DNA of 55,296 nucleotides from Promethearchaeia archaeon (lineage in GTDB: Archaea > Asgardarchaeota > Lokiarchaeia > Sigyniarchaeales > SOKP01), in assembly GCA_029856155.1 (NCBI GenBank), contig JAHQWL010000022.1, forward strand, positions 1 through 55,296, written 5' to 3'. Under the pieces are notes generated by a model, which was not told where the DNA came from, did not search any database, and saw only the letters and a program-made list of their open reading frames with translations. Of the stretch, positions 50,041 to 55,296 are shown piece by piece. Position 1 is the stretch's first letter. The number at the start of each line of letters is the position of its first letter. Position numbers and translations under genes: made by a program.

Positions 50041-52590
50041 ATGGATATATACTCGATATTATCTCATCCGTTTAGAAGAAAAATCTTGCTCCTTTTAGAA
50101 AAAGAGGGTTATATTCCCTATACAGATTTAATGGAAAAATTGGGTTTAGATACAACAGGACAGTTAAATTTCCATCTCAAAAAAATTGGTACATTAATCA
50201 ATAAAGATAAAAAATCATACTTTCTTACGGAAGATGGTAAACGTGTATTAAAGATCTTAAATCTTAACAAAAGAATTTTATCAGGAGAAAATATTGATGA
50301 ATATTTAGATTCTCAGGGAAGTGAAATAAGCCGAATTGGAGTAATAATTTGTAATTGCAATACAGAAATTTCAAATGTAATTAATATAATTGCACTTGAA
50401 AAATATGTACATAAGCTAAGAAAGGTTGTGTCTATAAAAATCTTCGAAAATTTATGCCAACAAAAAAACTTCGATAAAATTACCCATTGGGTAAAAGATA
50501 ATTTTTTAAACAAGATTGTAATAGCAGCATGCTCTCCAAAAACTCATCAACATCTTTTTAAACGAATTTTTGATGGTGTTATTGAACACGTTAACATAGA
50601 AATTGCAAACATTAGAGAACAATGTTGTTGGGTACATCAATTCGGAATAAATGAAATCGATCCCTCTCTTCCATTAGAAAAGGCAGAATTATTAATTGAA
50701 GCAGCAATTGAACGCGTTAGTCTTCAAAAGAAAGTAAAAGTAAAGAGAGTTGAAATTGAAAAGAGTGTTGCAATTTTAGGGGGCGGAATAGCGGGTATAA
50801 CACTTGCATTAAATTTAGCTCGAGCAGGAATTAAAGTATATGTTATTGAAAAATCACCAACTTTGGGAGGTAAAGTAGCTAGATGGGATCGAATTCATAA
50901 TATGGGCGATTGTTCTATATGTTTCATTTCAGAATTAATAGGTGAGTTGGTGAATGAAAAAAATGTAAAAATACTTACTAATACTGAAATAGAAAGTGTT
51001 TCAGGAGAAGTTGGAAATTTTACTCTTAACTTGATTAAAAAACCGCGATATGTAGATACAAAAAAATGTACTGGTTGTAAACAATGCATAGAAGTATGCA
51101 GTATTGAAAAACAAAATCAGTATGAATTTGGATTAAATAGTAGAAAAATTATTTATATCCCATTTATTCATTCTTTTCCCTATGTTCCTTTAATTGATGA
51201 ATCAGATATCAAAAATTGTCTTAACTGTAGAATCTGTGAGCGTGCTTGCGTGAATAAAGCAATAGATTTGACACAAAAACCAGAAAAAATTGAAATTAAA
51301 GTAGGTACTAAAGTTATCGCTATTGGTTCTGATCTTTTTTCAGATTTAGACGAATATGGTTATAACCCACAAAAAGATATAATTACATCATCAGAGTTTG
51401 AAAGAATGTTATCTTCTGATGGATTCACAGAAGGTAAAATAGTAAAAATTTCTGATAAAACACCTCCAAAGACAATTTCAATTATTCAAAATGCTGGATC
51501 ACCTGATCATCAAGATAAACTTCAAGATATCCTTGCGTTAAAATATTTAAATTATATTGAAGTTAAAAATCCTGAATGTAAAGTCAATATTTTCTACGAT
51601 TTAAGTAAGATAAAAAAACCCGATGACTTTTTGCTAAGATCCACGGATTCTAGAATACACTACATTAATAAAATAAAACTAATTGAAAAAAACGGTCAAA
51701 AAATAGTAAAAGGTAATTCAAAAGAATATCCAAGTGATTTAGTTATATTAAATCAAACACTGGTACCAAATAAAGATTTAAAAGCATTTCGAAAAACAAT
51801 GGATTTCACATTGGATGATTATGGTTTTATGAGTGAAGAAACATTGGCATCTGGAATATATGGGGTTGGAACTATATTTGGTCCATTAGATTATAATTCT
51901 ACCATCTCAACAGCTAATAATACTGCTATTAAAATCATTTCACTACTCTCTAATGATTATTTGATAGCGGAGTTTAGTGGTATTGAAATCGATGATAACA
52001 AGTGTGGTTTATGCGGATTATGTTCTAAAATTTGTCCTTATAATGCCATTACAATCGAATCAGAAAAAGTAAGTATAGATAAATTTAAATGCAAAGGTTG
52101 TGGTACATGCGCTAGTATATGCCCTACTAATGCGATAGATTTAAATATAGATAATTCTGAGAAGATTTTAAAATCAATTGAAATTTTTTCGAAATTTAGA
52201 AAAAAACCTAAAATTATTGCCTTTTGTTGTCGTTCGTGTGGATATGCTGCTGCTGATGATGCTGGACTTAAAAAGATCTCATATCATCCAAATATTTTTA
52301 TTTTAAGTGTCCCTTGCACAGGTCGTATAGATACCAATTTCATAATTAAATCATTTGAGTTAGGTTTTGATGGAGTAATGATTATCGGTTGTAGAAAAAA
52401 TGCATGTCGATATATTGATGGAGTAGAAAAAGTAGAAAAAAAAATAACGATCTTAAAGAATATTATCCCTACAAAATACCGTGAACGAATAATTCTTAAA
52501 CATATGAATGCTGTTGAAGGTAATAAGTTTGCTGAAGTTGCTAATAAATTTTATAAAAAATTACTAGAGGAGGTTAAATTTGAAGCGTAA
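50041..52590 (+). CDS. Winged-helix (ArsR-like) - HdrA-like - MvhD triple fusion
   Basis: LSHPFRRKILLLL...GQLNFHLKKI...YFLTEDG; ICNC, AACSP, REQCCWVH, GGGIAG, DCSIC, two ferredoxin pairs; FCCRSC, PCTGR, GCRKNACRY. Confidence 0.88.
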   Translation: MDIYSILSHPFRRKILLLLEKEGYIPYTDLMEKLGLDTTGQLNFHLKKIGTLINKDKKSYFLTEDGKRVLKILNLNKRILSGENIDEYLDSQGSEISRIGVIICNCNTEISNVINIIALEKYVHKLRKVVSIKIFENLCQQKNFDKITHWVKDNFLNKIVIAACSPKTHQHLFKRIFDGVIEHVNIEIANIREQCCWVHQFGINEIDPSLPLEKAELLIEAAIERVSLQKKVKVKRVEIEKSVAILGGGIAGITLALNLARAGIKVYVIEKSPTLGGKVARWDRIHNMGDCSICFISELIGELVNEKNVKILTNTEIESVSGEVGNFTLNLIKKPRYVDTKKCTGCKQCIEVCSIEKQNQYEFGLNSRKIIYIPFIHSFPYVPLIDESDIKNCLNCRICERACVNKAIDLTQKPEKIEIKVGTKVIAIGSDLFSDLDEYGYNPQKDIITSSEFERMLSSDGFTEGKIVKISDKTPPKTISIIQNAGSPDHQDKLQDILALKYLNYIEVKNPECKVNIFYDLSKIKKPDDFLLRSTDSRIHYINKIKLIEKNGQKIVKGNSKEYPSDLVILNQTLVPNKDLKAFRKTMDFTLDDYGFMSEETLASGIYGVGTIFGPLDYNSTISTANNTAIKIISLLSNDYLIAEFSGIEIDDNKCGLCGLCSKICPYNAITIESEKVSIDKFKCKGCGTCASICPTNAIDLNIDNSEKILKSIEIFSKFRKKPKIIAFCCRSCGYAAADDAGLKKISYHPNIFILSVPCTGRIDTNFIIKSFELGFDGVMIIGCRKNACRYIDGVEKVEKKITILKNIIPTKYRERIILKHMNAVEGNKFAEVANKFYKKLLEEVKFEA

Positions 52591-53338
52591 ATTTGTGATA
52601 ATATCTTTAACTTCTTGTAGTGGATGCATTTCTTCTCTTATATCGTTAGATATTTTTCCACAATTCCTTGAAAGGACTAAAGTAATTTATTTTCCGTTTA
52701 TTTCCGAAGAAAAAGAAATTGAAGATTGCGATATTTGTTTAGTCGAAGGATGTGTTTCTGAAGAAAATCAAATCCCAATCCTTCGAAAAATCAGAAAACA
52801 AGCAAAAAAAATATATGCATTAGGAACTTGTGCTTGTTTTGGAGGAATTTTAAGCCTATCCGATAAAAAAATGGCAGAACCAATTTCAAGTTATATTGAA
52901 ATTGATGGTATTATCCCCGGTTGTCCACCACCTATGAAACTTTTTGGTAATTGTCTAATTCGATTGGTCGAAAATAAAGAAATAGAACTCTCTGAAAAAA
53001 ATATGTGTGGTAGCTGCCCATTAAGAGGGAACATGGAAATAAATTCTAATATAAATATCTCAAAAATTACACCAAATCCAGAAGATATTAAACTTGATGA
53101 GGAAAACTCTGAATGTTTTTTAGCAAGGGGTATTTTATGTTTAGGACCCATAACACGAGATGGGTGTGAACATAAGTGCATTAAGATGGGGCTTCCTTGT
53201 GAAGGATGTATAGGATCAGTATCAAAAGATTTTACTTCTAATATTGTTAACTATTTGAGTTTGATAAATTTATCTCAAGAACTCAAAAACTACACTGGTA
53301 TTTTTTATCGATTCTCGAAACCAAAATTGGAGTGGTGA
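52580..53338 (+). CDS. mvhG: Group 3 [NiFe]-hydrogenase small subunit (MvhG-like)
   Basis: SCSGC, VEG, GTCACFGG, IPGCPP, distal CGSCP...CFL...CLGPIT..GC...C...PCEGC. Confidence 0.85.
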   Translation: MKRKFVIISLTSCSGCISSLISLDIFPQFLERTKVIYFPFISEEKEIEDCDICLVEGCVSEENQIPILRKIRKQAKKIYALGTCACFGGILSLSDKKMAEPISSYIEIDGIIPGCPPPMKLFGNCLIRLVENKEIELSEKNMCGSCPLRGNMEINSNINISKITPNPEDIKLDEENSECFLARGILCLGPITRDGCEHKCIKMGLPCEGCIGSVSKDFTSNIVNYLSLINLSQELKNYTGIFYRFSKPKLEW

Positions 53339-54648
53339 TAAAACTGTTAAAAGTAATTGATGTTTGTAAACGTGTTGAAGGGCATGGTGAAGTAAAAATT
53401 TTAATCCAAAATGATGAAATTTCGTTAGTAAATTTTGAATTTAATATTTATAGAGGTTTTGAAAATTTCTTAATAGGAAAGAAATTATTAGATATACCAA
53501 AAATAGTTCCTAGGATATGTGGATTATGTTATGCTTCTCAGGCAATCGCTAGTTGTAAAGCAATTGAGGATATATATAATATCAAGGTTTCAGAACAAGC
53601 AAAACTTTTAAGGCGGATTTTAATGACTGGAGAATTAATCAAATCCCATTCTATGAATTTCTTTTTCCAAGCTTTACCAGATCTATTAAATATTTTTAAT
53701 ATTACTCAAAAAACTACAACTGCTTATGATTTAATTAATTATGACCCTCAATTAACTTCAAATATATATGAACTAATTAAAATTGGCAATGAAATTAATA
53801 ATTTGTTTGGGGGTAGATCAGTTCATTTAATTTCAATCATTCCTGGAGGAATTATTTATTCTCCTTCTAAAAAAATTATTTCAATAGCTAAAAAAAGATT
53901 TCAAAATGCTTTAATCAGTTTAGAATGGATTATAGAAAAATTTATTGAGTTATTTTCTCATCAATTACCACCTAAAGAATTTGATCCTCCAAATCTTATC
54001 TATCTTGGTCTCTCGAATTTAATGAATTATAATCGATATTCAGGTAGTTTATCATTCAAAGAAGCTAATAAAAATATGATAGAATTTGAAAAGTATAATT
54101 ATTCTTCTTATTTTGGAAAGGAGCCTGAGTTACGTGGAATTGATTTTTACTTTGATAATATAAAAAATGTCATAGTAGGGCCTTTATCCAGATACAATAT
54201 CAACGAGAATTATGGTACAGATGAAATTCAAACTTATCTTGAATATTTTGATAAACCATGGAAAAATAGTATTCTATTTGCTAATTTTATTAGATTATTG
54301 GAAATGTATATGGAAAGTATCCAGAGTATACAAATTTTAGATGATCATAATTTAAATATTAAACAAGAACTCCCTTCTATGAATTCCGTAAAAAGGGTTG
54401 ATGGAATCGGGGTTATTGAAGCCCCCAGAGGGACACTTTTACATCATTATTACGTTAATAATCATAATTCTCTTGATCGAATAAAATTATTTGTTGCTAC
54501 TGAGTTTAATATTCCAATAATAAATGAAATGATTACGAATTATGCAAAAGAATTATTTGAAAGAAAGGGAGATATTAATTTAGTGAAAAATAATGTTCAG
54601 AGGATAATTAGAGCATTCGATCCATGTATTTCATGTGCAACTCATTAA
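53332..54648 (+). CDS. mvhA: Group 3 [NiFe]-hydrogenase large subunit (MvhA-like) with no C-terminal extension
   Basis: RVEGHG, RGFE, RICGLC, EAPRGTLLHHY, RAFDPCISCATH-TAA. Confidence 0.88.
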   Translation: MVIKLLKVIDVCKRVEGHGEVKILIQNDEISLVNFEFNIYRGFENFLIGKKLLDIPKIVPRICGLCYASQAIASCKAIEDIYNIKVSEQAKLLRRILMTGELIKSHSMNFFFQALPDLLNIFNITQKTTTAYDLINYDPQLTSNIYELIKIGNEINNLFGGRSVHLISIIPGGIIYSPSKKIISIAKKRFQNALISLEWIIEKFIELFSHQLPPKEFDPPNLIYLGLSNLMNYNRYSGSLSFKEANKNMIEFEKYNYSSYFGKEPELRGIDFYFDNIKNVIVGPLSRYNINENYGTDEIQTYLEYFDKPWKNSILFANFIRLLEMYMESIQSIQILDDHNLNIKQELPSMNSVKRVDGIGVIEAPRGTLLHHYYVNNHNSLDRIKLFVATEFNIPIINEMITNYAKELFERKGDINLVKNNVQRIIRAFDPCISCATH

Positions 54649-54844
54649 GTCAGTACAATTTTTTTTTAATACTTACTACTATTAATGAATATTTTATAAC
54701 TCAATTGAAATCTATATTAACATTTCTAATATAAAATGCATCCTTTAATTTTGAAATATAAAAGCGATATTTAATAAATTTGGTCATCCCATAATCATTG
54801 TTCTAAATTATTAAAAATTAATAGAAAAAATAAGGTGATGAATT

Positions 54845-55210
54845 ATATCTGAAAATGAAAAGACTATTTTATATGTACAAACCTCACATGACCCAGAACG
54901 GCAATATTCTCCATTAATATTAGCTCAAACAGCAAAAGCTATGGATATTAAAGCTATTGTATACTATTTGGGCAGTGCATTAAGAATTTTAAAACCGGGA
55001 GAAGCTGAAAAAATTAAGTTAGGTGGTTTTCCAAGTGTAAAGGAAATGATTGATAAAACACTAAAAATGGGGATCGAAATCCTAGTGTGTGAAGCGTCTA
55101 AACGAATGCTAGGTTGGGAAAAAGTGGATCTAATACCGGGAGTTAAAATTGTTGGAGCTGCGACTTTAAATGATTTAGTATTAGAAGTAGATGCGACGCA
55201 ATGGTTTTAA
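54845..55210 (+). CDS. DsrE/DsrF-like family protein; proposed ATA start
   Basis: TILYVQTSHDPERQYSPLILAQTAKAMD...ILVCEAS...IVGAATL; frame open from ATA 54845, GGTGA 6 nt upstream. Confidence 0.78.
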   Translation: MSENEKTILYVQTSHDPERQYSPLILAQTAKAMDIKAIVYYLGSALRILKPGEAEKIKLGGFPSVKEMIDKTLKMGIEILVCEASKRMLGWEKVDLIPGVKIVGAATLNDLVLEVDATQWF

Positions 55211-55296
55211 AATTATTGGCATTTTTAGAATTGTAAGATAAAAAATTAAAAATTAAATATGAAATAATTTTTATTATAACAAGATTGTATAAATAC

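Noticed and set aside
1825-53181. Many short ORF-track entries overlapping longer genes (e.g. 1982-2242, 13432-13755, 15927-16235, 28831-29631, 34940-35179, 38602-39807, 45340-45642, 49409-49621, 52891-53181)
   Set aside because: Antisense or alternate-frame shadows of well-supported genes, with no independent motifs
53336-53338. TGA ending mvhG as possible Sec readthrough
   Set aside because: It is an ordinary GTGA stop/start overlap with mvhA and does not align to a Cys position

Overview
AT-rich archaeal chromosomal window with GGTGA Shine-Dalgarno motifs. Gene content and style suggest an Asgard/Lokiarchaeia-type genome (inference). Layout: (1) 1-12 kb: HMG-CoA-synthase-like/DUF35 fusion plus thiolase, MscL, MoxR ATPase, QueG-like Fe-S protein, TSUP transporter, CooC, RibL, thioredoxin. 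(2) 12-30 kb: a large Fe-S/metal-cofactor maturation cluster (2 IscU-like, 3 NifB/NifX-like, Mrp, DUF59, two ferredoxin P-loop ATPases, DUF134, DUF5320, radical SAM, DtxR, feoAB) whose promoters share a TGAATAATTATTCA palindrome. (3) 29.8-33.1 kb: an accessory patch where two toxin-antitoxin pairs lie between copies of a GC-rich 28-bp direct repeat. (4) 33-55 kb: a redox/energy region with a damaged two-component pair, a REC-Lrp fusion, a FrhB-TrmB fusion, an MtdA/B-type dehydrogenase fusion, an hdrD-hdrA-mvhD-frhB operon, a second HdrA with two in-frame UGA codons at Cys positions plus a SECIS-like 3' structure, and an operon encoding a winged-helix-HdrA-MvhD fusion with MvhG and an MvhA that lacks the C-terminal maturation peptide. 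That last operon is the best candidate for a new system: a possible H2/redox-sensing, DNA-binding hydrogenase complex. Several genes appear to start at ATA/ATT. No rRNA, tRNA, CRISPR array, integrase or transposase was recognised. All family calls come from motif recognition, not database searches.
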